DNA from: Treponemataceae bacterium
GTDB taxonomy: Bacteria; Spirochaetota; Spirochaetia; Treponematales; Rectinemataceae
DNA length: 64,000 bases
Assembly: GCA_963678065.2 (NCBI GenBank)
Contig: CAXXVZ010000003.1
Location: forward strand, 1,728,001 to 1,792,000
Direction of reading: 5' to 3'
The notes under the pieces were generated by a model, which was given only the letters and a program-made list of their open reading frames with translations, was not told the origin of the DNA and ran no database searches. This document shows, piece by piece, positions 29,536 to 39,205 of the stretch (positions within the stretch are counted from its first letter, which is position 1; each line of letters opens with the position of its first letter). A program made the position numbers and the translations under genes.

Positions 29536-30666
29536 TCACCGCCCGGCCATCAGCCTGCCGAAAAAACGCCGTATACCCGAATCGGCGAAAGTTTCACCGA
29601 CAAGTTCCAAGATCCGTTCCGGGGAGAGGGCCGTTCCCGTCTCGCGCGGCGAGCCGCCGATCTCCCGCGAACCTCCCCAGGCGTTTCCCGTCTCCCGCGA
29701 CCTGGTCACCGCGGGGTCGATCGCGTTGAGTCTGCGGTACAGGTGCACGAGATCGCGCCGCATGAAGCGGTCGACAAGCCTGAGCGTGTAGCGGCCCTTC
29801 CCCTGATCGAGAATCAGGAGGCCGAGAATCCTGCCCAGCCGGCCGGAAAACCAGGATTCCGTTTCATGGATTCCCTTCTCCGATTGGCACATAATGGCTA
29901 TCTTCCCTTCCCCGAGCCCTACCCTGCCTGTTTCCCTGAATTCCAGCATGGCCTTCAGGGCTTCAGGGGGGATGATCATCCGATCCAACTCTTCCAGAGC
30001 GCGGGCGAGCACGGGGAGGTAGTTCTTTTCGCCCGGAAGCGACGATCCCTTCGCGACATTCCGCAACCTTTCGAGAAGCACTCCGAGTCGCGCTCTCTCT
30101 TCCCTCGGCAGCCCTGTGAGCATCCCGCCGCCGAATCCGTGGACGTCGATGGCCCCTTCGAGCCGCACAAGGGGCATGAGGCGCTCGAGGAGTTCTTTTT
30201 CGCCGGCAAGCAATTCGCCGCGGTTCATCAGTATCCACGCGGCGAGGATCGAATCGAGGTCGAGGTCGTTGAGGACGACGAGCCATTCTCCGATGTCGAG
30301 AGGCATGCCCTCGTGGATAAGGACGGCAGCCTGTTCACATGTGGAAAGCGTGAAGGAGCGGATGCAGCCGGCGTGGTGGTCCAGGGAATACTGCCGTCGC
30401 TTGTTGTCGATGAAAGGGGCTCCGTGATAGGCGCCGTCCAGGAAAATGCAGCCATCCGGGTAGAGGAAGCGCCCACGCCCAGTGACAGTTTTGCCTTTCT
30501 CGAGCACGATCCGTAGAGCCGGGGCGTTGTCGGAGTACAGGCAGTCCTTCCCCTGCTTGTTCCGTATCGAATAAGGCCCCCAACTCGCATTTCCGGAAGG
30601 CTGCGCAGGCGATGTATCCGCTGCCCCGACGCCGGCGCTTCCTTCCCGCACGCTCCGCTCTTCCAT
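29536..30666 (-). CDS. Hypothetical protein with DHH-like motifs
   Basis: SLDHH, NDLDLDS, WGGS..IGGSPR; start uncertain. Confidence 0.55.
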   Translation of the reverse strand: MEERSVREGSAGVGAADTSPAQPSGNASWGPYSIRNKQGKDCLYSDNAPALRIVLEKGKTVTGRGRFLYPDGCIFLDGAYHGAPFIDNKRRQYSLDHHAGCIRSFTLSTCEQAAVLIHEGMPLDIGEWLVVLNDLDLDSILAAWILMNRGELLAGEKELLERLMPLVRLEGAIDVHGFGGGMLTGLPREERARLGVLLERLRNVAKGSSLPGEKNYLPVLARALEELDRMIIPPEALKAMLEFRETGRVGLGEGKIAIMCQSEKGIHETESWFSGRLGRILGLLILDQGKGRYTLRLVDRFMRRDLVHLYRRLNAIDPAVTRSRETGNAWGGSREIGGSPRETGTALSPERILELVGETFADSGIRRFFGRLMAGR

Positions 30667-30807
30667 CAGCCTCCCCGCTTCGGACTTCCGGCCCGACTCC
30701 ATCCGATCGGCACAGCCATCTGCCCACAAGATTGTGAACACTTTGCCGGCCGCTGTCAAACAGAGCCTGGACCTGCGGAAAGCAGCCTCGGATCCGGGCC
30801 CTTCGTC

Positions 30808-32214
30808 TCAGCCCGGCCGCCTCGACTCGACCGCTTTGGCCGATTTGTCGAAAGCCGGCCCGAGAGCCCTCCCCCCCCCGGAAGTGACGAGCCAGTTCTC
30901 CTCGTTCCTGATCCCGCCTATAGGGGTATAGAGCGCGAATTTCGTAAAATCGACGAACGAAGAGAGTGTCTTGTCCTTCTTCCACCGCTCGGCGAGCTCC
31001 GGTATGAAATAGATGCCCGGCTCCACCGTCACGACCATGCCGGGTTTCAGAGTTTTGGCCATACGGAGGGACTTGAGGCCGAACTGCGGGCTCTTCGCTT
31101 CCCCGTCATAGCCCACGAAGATTTCGCCGTAACTCTCCATGTCGTGCACGTCGAGGCCGATCTGATGCCCGGTGCCGCAGGGGAAGAAGAGCGCGTGGGC
31201 GCCTGAGGCGAGGATGTCTTCCGTAAGACCATGTATGAGGCCGATGGATTTGAGGCCTTCGACGATGCTCCTGCAGGCGGCGAAATGGACGTCCCGGAAC
31301 GCGACTCCGGGGCCGACGAGGGAAGAGGCCGCACGGTGGGCCGCGAGCGAGATTTCGTAGATTTCCCGCTGGCGAGCATCGAAACGGCTGCCGATCGGGA
31401 AGGTCGAGGAGAGGTCCCCCGCGTAGCCCGATTCCGTCTCGGCTCCCGCGTCGACGAGGAAGAGACCGCCATCCCGGAGCACATTGTTCCGGTCCAGATT
31501 GTGCAGTGTCTGGCCTCGCGTCGTCGCGATGACGGGGAAGGCGGTCTGGCCCCCCGCGGCGAGGGCGACGCGGACAATCTCGGCCGCGACCTCGCACTCG
31601 CGCATGCCCGGCCGGGCAGAACGCATCGCCGCCTCGTGCATCCGGACGGAGATGTCGACCGCATGCTCCATCTCGAGAATTTCCGCTTCGGACTTGATTT
31701 CCCGCAGGGCGACGGCGGCCCTCACGAGGGGAAGAATCGCGCGGGCATGCAGCTCCTCGGGAGAGAGCAGGGAGAGCGAAGTGAGATGCACGAGCCCGTC
31801 GATCTCCGCGGCGCCCTCCTGCCTGTAGGGAGGAAGGAAGTAGAAAACAGAGGCGCAGGCCACGTCGCGGGCCAGCTCCGCGCGCCTCGCCGTACGATCG
31901 ATTCCCGCCCTCGACGCAATGTCGGCGATCCCCGGCCTCGGTCCCGTCCACACGATATCGTCCGGACCGGCATCCTCGCCGTAGAGGGTTGTCTTTCCGG
32001 TGCCGAGATCGATGGCGGCCGCGAGATCCGGATCGTTCGGGCCGATGAAATACAGGAAACTGGAATCCTGACGGAAATCATGACAGTTGTCGGCATAATT
32101 CTTTGGACTCTGGCGGTTTCCGATGAACACCGCGAGTCCCTCGTCGATTCCCCGGGCAGCCAGAAGGCCAAGGAGAGCCTTCCTGCGTCCGGAATGGACA
32201 GCAGCATCGAACAT
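30808..32214 (-). CDS. pepP: Xaa-Pro aminopeptidase (M24B)
   Basis: FRQDSSF.Y, DAG...YAGD, GH.IGLDVHD, TVEPGIYF. Confidence 0.9.
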   Translation of the reverse strand: MFDAAVHSGRRKALLGLLAARGIDEGLAVFIGNRQSPKNYADNCHDFRQDSSFLYFIGPNDPDLAAAIDLGTGKTTLYGEDAGPDDIVWTGPRPGIADIASRAGIDRTARRAELARDVACASVFYFLPPYRQEGAAEIDGLVHLTSLSLLSPEELHARAILPLVRAAVALREIKSEAEILEMEHAVDISVRMHEAAMRSARPGMRECEVAAEIVRVALAAGGQTAFPVIATTRGQTLHNLDRNNVLRDGGLFLVDAGAETESGYAGDLSSTFPIGSRFDARQREIYEISLAAHRAASSLVGPGVAFRDVHFAACRSIVEGLKSIGLIHGLTEDILASGAHALFFPCGTGHQIGLDVHDMESYGEIFVGYDGEAKSPQFGLKSLRMAKTLKPGMVVTVEPGIYFIPELAERWKKDKTLSSFVDFTKFALYTPIGGIRNEENWLVTSGGGRALGPAFDKSAKAVESRRPG

Positions 32215-32249
32215 TTCTTACCCCTTCTTCCGTGATTCCGGCCCCGGAC

Positions 32250-34256
32250 TCAGCTCTGCCTGATCCAGACAAGCATTTCGCTCTCGCCGCGGTTGTCCCA
32301 GGCGTAATAGGGCACCGCCTTGATCCGGAGCGGAGTGTTGAAAGGCTCATAGTCCCTGTACAAGTCGTCGCCCCAGGCCGCCAGCTCCGAGGCCCTGTCC
32401 TGAATGCCGCCTTCTCCGGCTTCGCGCGGTCCCTCGCCGCCATTTCCCCGACGGAAGGCGTCGGCGTAGACAGCGACGACCCCGCCCAGAAGTCCTTCCT
32501 CGAAGCGCTCAGAGAAACGGGGCTCCGCGGCGAGCACGATGTCGGCGAGGTTCGGGCCGTTGTCGACTTCCTCGAGGCAATAGATGACCGGTCCGCGGGC
32601 GATCGCGACTTTGCCCGCGTCGGCCGTCACGGCGGGATTGGCCGCGACTCTCCGGACCGGCATCGGGAGTTCGAGATCGACACTGTCCCCGGAAGCCCAT
32701 TCGCGCAGGATTGAGACGTATCCTTCAACCGGTGCGAGGTTCAGGTCCCCGCCGTTGAGACTCAGACGGAACCCTGTGCACCATCCGGGAATGCGCAGCC
32801 TGAGCGAGAAGTACGCGGGGCGATCCGGCGAAACGGAAATCCCGACCCTGCCCGAGCGGGGATAGTCGCCTTGGAGGGCGATCCGGAGCGCCGCGCCGGC
32901 GATGTCGAGGCTCGCCTCGCTCGCGATGTAGAGCTGGACCGATACGTCGGGGGGGCTTCCCCTCCCGCCCGGGGAGGATGAGTAGATGTAGCCGCCGATG
33001 GAGGCGATGAGCCTCGCGAGATTGGGCGGGCAGCAGGCGCAGGGGAACCAGCCCTTGCGCGTCGTCGACGCGTAGCTCATGTCGCGCGTGCGGGCGACGA
33101 CAGAGGGCAGCGATTCGAGGAGGTTCACATAGAAGTACTTCCGTCCGTCCAGAGAGATGCCCGAAAGCACTCCGTTGTGGAGGGCCCGCTCGGCCACGTC
33201 GAAGTAGTCGCCCTTCCGCTCGAGCCTGGCCATGCGCGCGGCCCAGAAGACGAGGCCGATGGAGGCGCAGGTCTCGTTGTAGGTCGAAGCGTTCGGCAGG
33301 TCGTAGTCTTCGGAGAAGCCTTCCCAGGATTCGTCCTGTCCGATTCCTCCGGTGACGAACATCTGGCGCCTCGTCACGTCCTTCCAGAGTTCGCGGCAGG
33401 CTTCGGCGAGTTTTGCGTCGCCGTCGATCGCGGCGAGATCCGCCATGGCCGAGTACATGTAGACGGCGCGCACAGCGTGGCCGGTGGCCTTCTTCTGCTC
33501 CCTGACGGGAAGGTGGGTCTGGTTGTATTCGGCCATCCTCTCCCCGAAGTAGCCCTTGTCATCCGGTTGGCCGCGGGCCGCAGCCTCGAGTTCGAAGAAG
33601 GCGGGCTTCCTCCCCCTCTCGTCGATGAAGTACCGGGCAAGGTCGAGGTAGCGCTTCTCCCCGGTTTCACCGTAGAGCCCGACGAGGGCCATCTCCGTGA
33701 CCTGGTGGCCCGGATAGCCGTGGAGCTTGCCCTCCTGGGGGCCGAAAATCGAGTCGATGTGGTCGGCGTTCACCCGCATGATGTCGAGGAAGCGGGTCTT
33801 GCCGGTCGCACGGTGATAGGCGACAGCCGCCTCGATGAGGTGCCCGGCCACGTAGAGCTCATGGCTGTCCCTCTCGCAGGTCCATCGTTTTCCCTTTTCC
33901 TTGAGCGTGAAGTAGGTGTTGAGGTAGCCATCGGGCCACTGGGCGCGGCCGAGATCCTCGATCAGACCATCCGCGAGGCTTTCCAGTCCAGGATCGCGTT
34001 CCGTCGCGAGACACCAGGCTGCCGCCTCGAGCCACTTGGCCAGATCGCTGTCCTGGAAGCGGAAGCCGTAGAACTCGCCTTCCTCGAGCCCGGCCGCGAT
34101 CCGGACATTCGCGACGGCATGGCTTTTGGCCACCCCCTCGACGCGGTCATTCATGACCTCCCACTGATAGGGAACGATCACCTTCCTCACGAGCTCCATG
34201 TACGGGGTCCAGAATGTATCGCTGACCCTCACCTTCTCGGCTGAAATAGGTTTCAT
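32250..34256 (-). CDS. GH127 beta-L-arabinofuranosidase-like protein
   Basis: FQDSDLAKWLEA, HELY.AGH, GHAVRA.Y, YNETCA, CACCPPN. Confidence 0.9.
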   Translation of the reverse strand: MKPISAEKVRVSDTFWTPYMELVRKVIVPYQWEVMNDRVEGVAKSHAVANVRIAAGLEEGEFYGFRFQDSDLAKWLEAAAWCLATERDPGLESLADGLIEDLGRAQWPDGYLNTYFTLKEKGKRWTCERDSHELYVAGHLIEAAVAYHRATGKTRFLDIMRVNADHIDSIFGPQEGKLHGYPGHQVTEMALVGLYGETGEKRYLDLARYFIDERGRKPAFFELEAAARGQPDDKGYFGERMAEYNQTHLPVREQKKATGHAVRAVYMYSAMADLAAIDGDAKLAEACRELWKDVTRRQMFVTGGIGQDESWEGFSEDYDLPNASTYNETCASIGLVFWAARMARLERKGDYFDVAERALHNGVLSGISLDGRKYFYVNLLESLPSVVARTRDMSYASTTRKGWFPCACCPPNLARLIASIGGYIYSSSPGGRGSPPDVSVQLYIASEASLDIAGAALRIALQGDYPRSGRVGISVSPDRPAYFSLRLRIPGWCTGFRLSLNGGDLNLAPVEGYVSILREWASGDSVDLELPMPVRRVAANPAVTADAGKVAIARGPVIYCLEEVDNGPNLADIVLAAEPRFSERFEEGLLGGVVAVYADAFRRGNGGEGPREAGEGGIQDRASELAAWGDDLYRDYEPFNTPLRIKAVPYYAWDNRGESEMLVWIRQS

Positions 34257-34338
34257 CGGCGCGGACTCCTTGGCATTTTATTCTTGATCAGTATTGACAA
34301 GGGTCGGGAGGTATACAAGCATGCAAATCAGGTAGAAT

Positions 34339-35205
34339 ATGAGTACGATTCCGACTTCCCCTGCCCCGCGGCTCTCCTTTGCCTTCGACATGCCTCTTGT
34401 CCCGGAGAACGCCGGGCGCTTCGTGTCGAGAGGGGAAGGCCGGCATCCCGAGCGGATACTCGATTCCTTCGAGGCGATCTTCGTGGTCAGCGGCCTTCTC
34501 GGGATCAGCGAGGAAGGCCGTGGATACTCGGTCCCGGCCGGAGAGTACCTGGTGCTCTCGCCGGGGCGCCGGCACTGGGGAACGGAGGATTACGGACCCG
34601 AGCTCGAGTTCTACTGGATGCATTTCCGGATGAAAAAAAACGCCGGTCCGGGTTTTGTCAGCACCGGGTCCGGTATACCCATCATCGGTTTTCCGGTCTC
34701 CGGGCGGGTCGGCAACCCGGACAGGCTCGTCGAGCTCTTTCGCTGGTTTCTCGACGAGCAGGAAAAATTCGGCCCCGGCGCCGAGGGGATGTGGATGCCC
34801 TGCCTCGCCATCATCTCCTTCATGGCGAGGGGAGAGGGATCGAGGCCGCCCGATGACAGGACACTGCCGCTCTTCGCGCGTCAGGCCAGGCTCGTCGTCG
34901 CGCGCCGCTTCACCGAGGCCACATCCACCCGGCTCATCGCGGCGGACCTGGGCTGCAATCCCGATTACCTGGGGCGCATCTACAAGAAGAGCTTTGGCGT
35001 CGCGCTCATGGATGACCTGCACGGGCAGAGAATCAGGCTCGCGAAAAGCCTTCTCATGGACGGAAACCTCAACATCAACGAGGTGGCCTTTCGCTGCGGC
35101 TACACCGACATCGTCCACTTCCGGCGCATGTTCAGGCGTTTCGAGGGCACGACGCCCAAAACCTGGCGCGCCCTCAATTCGCGCATGCACCTCAACGCGA
35201 TCTGA
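34339..35205 (+). CDS. AraC-family regulator divergent from GH127
   Basis: Cupin-like N-terminus; C-terminal NINEVAFRCGY.D..HFRR.F..G.TP. Confidence 0.9.
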   Translation: MSTIPTSPAPRLSFAFDMPLVPENAGRFVSRGEGRHPERILDSFEAIFVVSGLLGISEEGRGYSVPAGEYLVLSPGRRHWGTEDYGPELEFYWMHFRMKKNAGPGFVSTGSGIPIIGFPVSGRVGNPDRLVELFRWFLDEQEKFGPGAEGMWMPCLAIISFMARGEGSRPPDDRTLPLFARQARLVVARRFTEATSTRLIAADLGCNPDYLGRIYKKSFGVALMDDLHGQRIRLAKSLLMDGNLNINEVAFRCGYTDIVHFRRMFRRFEGTTPKTWRALNSRMHLNAI

Positions 35206-35207
35206 GC

Positions 35208-35271
35208 ATGATGTCCAGAGACCCTGATGCCCAGAGACCCTGATGCCAGGAGACCATGATGTCCGGAGACT
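35208..35271 (+). repeat. Four tandem 16-bp repeats
   Basis: ATGATGTCCAGAGACC / CTGATGCCCAGAGACC / CTGATGCCAGGAGACC / ATGATGTCCGGAGACT. Confidence 0.9.
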
Positions 35272-35338
35272 GTTGCGCCCCGGCCGCGGTGACATTAGGA
35301 TAAACCGCCGCAGAAAATCTCTTCTTCGGGGTTGTGCC

Positions 35339-38300
35339 ATGGACAGGGACAAGGGAACGGTGTTTCTGACAATCAGCCTCATTTTCCTTGTCGGCACAGC
35401 GAGTCTGCTCCGCGGCATCAGCCCGGGCGATCTCGGCTATTACAGCCTCGGGACCAGGGAGGGTCTGGCGGGAGACACTGTGCGCGCCATACTGCAGGAT
35501 CGCCGGGGGCACATGTGGTTCGGCGCGACAGGTGGCATCTCGCGTTTTGACGGGCACAGCTTCGAGACATTCAGACCGCGCTTTGAAGGGACTTCCTTCG
35601 CCTCGTCCCGGGTGCTCGCCCTCGTCGAGGATCAGTCCGGAACGATATGGATCGGGACCGAGGGAGGAGGTGTCTCGAGCTTCAACCCCGATTCGGGCAA
35701 ATTCGTTTCCTACAGAGGAGAAAAAGGCTTGCGCACCGACCGGGTGACCGCTCTCGGGCTGGACGGCCTCGGCAGGCTCATCGCAGGCGGCGCCGAGGGA
35801 AGTCTGGACAGATACGATCCATCGGGAGACAGATTCCTGCCATTCAGCGACCGCGAAGCTCATCCCTCGCGGATCAACGGAATACTCGGCGACTCGGGCG
35901 GCAGAATCTGGGTGGCGACGGAAGGTCGCGGCCTCGAACTTTTCGGGGAGGACGGTTCCCGTCTGGCCGTCTATCGCCACGACGACAGAGATCCTGCGAG
36001 CATCTCCTCGGACTACGCGACCGCCCTCTTCGAGGACTCCTTCGGCGGCGTCTGGATCGGCGGCGGCGAGGGCAGGATCGACCTGTACCGGGAGGGTCGA
36101 TTCAGCCATGCCGGAAATTCGGGCATCTTTGACCATGTGGAAGCGATCGCCGAAGACCTGGAAGGAAGACTGTGGATCGGATACCGAAACGCGGGAATCT
36201 GCTTCCTGGACCCGGCCAGTCTGCGGATGACGGAAGCGCCGCCGGCCGACCGCGTCCCTGTCCTCGCGCTGAGGCGGGATCGCGGAGGCTTGATGTGGGC
36301 CGGACTCGGACAGGAAGGAGTACGGGTGTACAACCTTCGATCCTCGGCGTTCAGACGCATCGTGCGCAAGGATGTATCCGGGAAACCCGAAGCGGTCACC
36401 GGCCTCGCGGTCATGCCCGACGGAACGGTCCTCGCCAAAACCGTGGGTATGGGCATCGTGCGGCCTGATCCGGGGGCGGGGAAGTTCCGGGCAGATGCGG
36501 CCTTTCCGGCTTCCCTTTTTCCTCCCGCGTCGAAAGCGCAGGAGACGGATACCCTCCTCGCGACGAGGGACGGATCGCTTTTTGTCGGAACCGAGGAAGG
36601 CCTGTATCGATGCAGCGCCGACGGAAGTCTCCGCATTTTCCGGCACCTCGGGGGGAGAACGGGAGGCATCGCGGGCAACTCCGTCCTCGCCCTCTGTGAA
36701 GACAGCGATGGATCCGTCTGGGTTGGCCTCGAAGACGCTGGCCTCGACAATTTCGATCCGGGGAAAGGTACATTCACGCACCACGCTCTCGGGGAAGGGA
36801 ATGGATCGGAGCGCGCGCTCCCTTCGGTCACGGCCGTCCTGCGCGACTCTTCCGGAAGGCTCTGGGCCGGGACCCGCGACGCGGGGCTCTGGAGACTCGA
36901 CCCGGGAACTGACCGCTTCGTCGCGCACACCGGAGGAAGGGGCGAGCCTTCTCCCGTGGGCGATTCGTGTATCACCGTGGTTTTCGAAGACTCAGGCGGA
37001 AATATCTGGGTAGGCACGGGAGGGGCAGGCCTCGTCCGCCTCGATCCCGAGACCGGAACCTTCGTCCATTACGGCGAGATGGAAGGCTTCTACGGCGACA
37101 GTGTCCAGGCGATCGCGGAAGATCGCGCCGGCATACTCTGGATCGCGAGCTCGGCCGGGTTGTACAGCTTCGACAGGAACCTGGGCGATTTTTTCTGTTT
37201 CGGTGCAGAGGATGGACTGGTCCCGGGCCCCTTCAGCCCCGGCGCCCTCGTGGTCGGCGGCGACGGAAAGGTCTGGGCGGGCGGCTCCGGGGGAATGACG
37301 GCCTTCGATCCTGTCGCCGTGTCGCGCTACGCGCCGCAGCCGGAGATCACGATATCGGGCTCGGTCCTCGGAGACCCATCGGGCTCGGCCCACTCGCAGG
37401 AGGGGAGCTCGCTCCGGATCGGGTACGACAACCGGGGTCTCGGATTCAGCATCTCGGTCATAGACTATACGGCTCCTTCCCGCGATCGGTATGCCATGAA
37501 ACTGGACGGGAAACAGGAAGAATGGACATTCCTCGGCCGGAACAATTCCGGCTTCATCGCCCCCCTCTCTCCCGGACGGTACACGCTCCGCGTGAAAGGC
37601 TCGAACGGGAACGGCATCTGGAACAATTACGGCGCCTCGCTCTCGATCCTCGTCTCGCCGCCGTTCTGGGCCACCTGGTGGTTCAGGCTGGCCGTCGCGG
37701 TCTTCGTCCTCGGCCTCCTCGCTCTCGGAATACTGGCCAGGATCCTGTCCCTGCGAAGACGAAACGAACTCCTCGTGAATTTCTCGCGACACATCGAGAA
37801 TGCGCGGGAAGAAGAGAGGCGCATGGCTGCCCGCGAAGTCCACGACGAGATCGGCCAGCACCTGACCGTCCTCAATTTCCATGCCTACTGGCTGGCCTCC
37901 CATCCGGAGGCGGAACGCCCAGAATCGCTCGCGCGCATCGCGGCGATCAGGAAGGGCATCACCGACGCGATGGAATCGGTCAAATCCGTGGCGACCAAGC
38001 TCCGGCCGGCCGTGCTCGACACGCTCGATTTCACAGGGGCGCTGAGGTGGTACGCTCAGGATTTCGCGCGGCTGAGTGGCATCGAGGTCTTCCATTCCGT
38101 CGGGGAAGGCATCATGATTCCCGCGGGAGAACTCGCCACGGCCCTGTTCCGGGTACTTCAGGAAATGCTCGGCAATGTCATGCGGCACTCGGGGGCCCGG
38201 CGCGTGAACATCACGTTCAAGGCCGACGAAGAGGCGTATCTCCTCGAGGTGAAGGATGACGGCACGGGAATGGATTCGGGAAGGGCGGCCCGCCCGGATT

Positions 38301-38428
38301 CCTTCGGCATCATCGGGATGAAGGAACGCTGCGCGTCTTTCGGCGGAGCCCTGGAGATCGAGAGCGCGCCGGGAAACGGCACGACGGTCAGGGCGCGAAT
38401 CCCGAAAAACGCGGGAGGGAAACGATGA
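35339..38428 (+). CDS. Sensor histidine kinase: beta-propeller repeats, Y_Y_Y domain, TM helix, HisKA_3/HATPase
   Basis: Repeated D..G.IW.GT; PGRYTLRVKGSN; AREVHDEIGQ; NVMRHSGA; DDGTG. Confidence 0.9.
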   Translation: MDRDKGTVFLTISLIFLVGTASLLRGISPGDLGYYSLGTREGLAGDTVRAILQDRRGHMWFGATGGISRFDGHSFETFRPRFEGTSFASSRVLALVEDQSGTIWIGTEGGGVSSFNPDSGKFVSYRGEKGLRTDRVTALGLDGLGRLIAGGAEGSLDRYDPSGDRFLPFSDREAHPSRINGILGDSGGRIWVATEGRGLELFGEDGSRLAVYRHDDRDPASISSDYATALFEDSFGGVWIGGGEGRIDLYREGRFSHAGNSGIFDHVEAIAEDLEGRLWIGYRNAGICFLDPASLRMTEAPPADRVPVLALRRDRGGLMWAGLGQEGVRVYNLRSSAFRRIVRKDVSGKPEAVTGLAVMPDGTVLAKTVGMGIVRPDPGAGKFRADAAFPASLFPPASKAQETDTLLATRDGSLFVGTEEGLYRCSADGSLRIFRHLGGRTGGIAGNSVLALCEDSDGSVWVGLEDAGLDNFDPGKGTFTHHALGEGNGSERALPSVTAVLRDSSGRLWAGTRDAGLWRLDPGTDRFVAHTGGRGEPSPVGDSCITVVFEDSGGNIWVGTGGAGLVRLDPETGTFVHYGEMEGFYGDSVQAIAEDRAGILWIASSAGLYSFDRNLGDFFCFGAEDGLVPGPFSPGALVVGGDGKVWAGGSGGMTAFDPVAVSRYAPQPEITISGSVLGDPSGSAHSQEGSSLRIGYDNRGLGFSISVIDYTAPSRDRYAMKLDGKQEEWTFLGRNNSGFIAPLSPGRYTLRVKGSNGNGIWNNYGASLSILVSPPFWATWWFRLAVAVFVLGLLALGILARILSLRRRNELLVNFSRHIENAREEERRMAAREVHDEIGQHLTVLNFHAYWLASHPEAERPESLARIAAIRKGITDAMESVKSVATKLRPAVLDTLDFTGALRWYAQDFARLSGIEVFHSVGEGIMIPAGELATALFRVLQEMLGNVMRHSGARRVNITFKADEEAYLLEVKDDGTGMDSGRAARPDSFGIIGMKERCASFGGALEIESAPGNGTTVRARIPKNAGGKR

Positions 38429-39063
38429 CCCGGATACTCGTCGCCGACGACCACTTCCTCGTGCGCAAGGGACTGCGCCAGCTCCTCGAGGAGAACATTC
38501 CCCACGTGAGCGTCGACGAGGCCGAGGACGCGATTTCCGTCCTCGCGGGCGCGGGAAAGATCGACTACGACCTCGTCATCCTCGATTATTCGATGCCGGG
38601 GCGGGACGGACTCGATCTCGTCCGGGACCTCAAGGACGCGCATCCGCGGATGCACGTCCTCATACTGTCCATACTGCCCGAAGACCAGTACGCGCTCCGC
38701 GCCTTCAAGCTCGGGGCCTCGGGATGCGTGAACAAGGCCATCGATCCGGGCGAACTGCTCGAGGCGGTCAGGACCGTCCTCGCGGGGAGGCGCTTCCTCA
38801 GCCGGAGGGCCCAGGAACTCCTTCTCGGCGACATCACGGGGGAGAGTCCCGACGAACCGCATCGCCGCCTCTCCGACAGGGAATTCCAGGTGCTCCGCCT
38901 CCTCGCCTCCGGCAAGAGTGTGGGAGAAATCGCCGGGCTCTGCTCGCTGAGCGCGAAGACAGTCAGCACCTACCGCGGCAGGATCCTCGAGAAAATGAAC
39001 ATGGAAAACAACGCCCAGCTCATGAATTACGCCTTCAGGCACGGCCTCGTCGAGGGCAAGTGA
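38425..39063 (+). CDS. NarL/LuxR-family response regulator
   Basis: ADDH, ILD.SMPG, LSDREFQVL...KTVSTYR. Confidence 0.92.
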   Translation: MTRILVADDHFLVRKGLRQLLEENIPHVSVDEAEDAISVLAGAGKIDYDLVILDYSMPGRDGLDLVRDLKDAHPRMHVLILSILPEDQYALRAFKLGASGCVNKAIDPGELLEAVRTVLAGRRFLSRRAQELLLGDITGESPDEPHRRLSDREFQVLRLLASGKSVGEIAGLCSLSAKTVSTYRGRILEKMNMENNAQLMNYAFRHGLVEGK

Positions 39064-39205
39064 AATCCTCGTGCCCGCCTTCTTTGCGTGTAGGAAAAGC
39101 TCGTACATACGAAATATCCCCCGCCCTACATACGGCACCGCACAGGGGATCTAGACTTCCGCACTGAGTGATCCGCGCGGACGCGGGTCCTCCGGAGGTA
39201 TTTTC

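Noticed and set aside
35208..35271. CRISPR array
   Set aside because: The 16-bp units are contiguous with no spacers, and there are no cas genes in the window.
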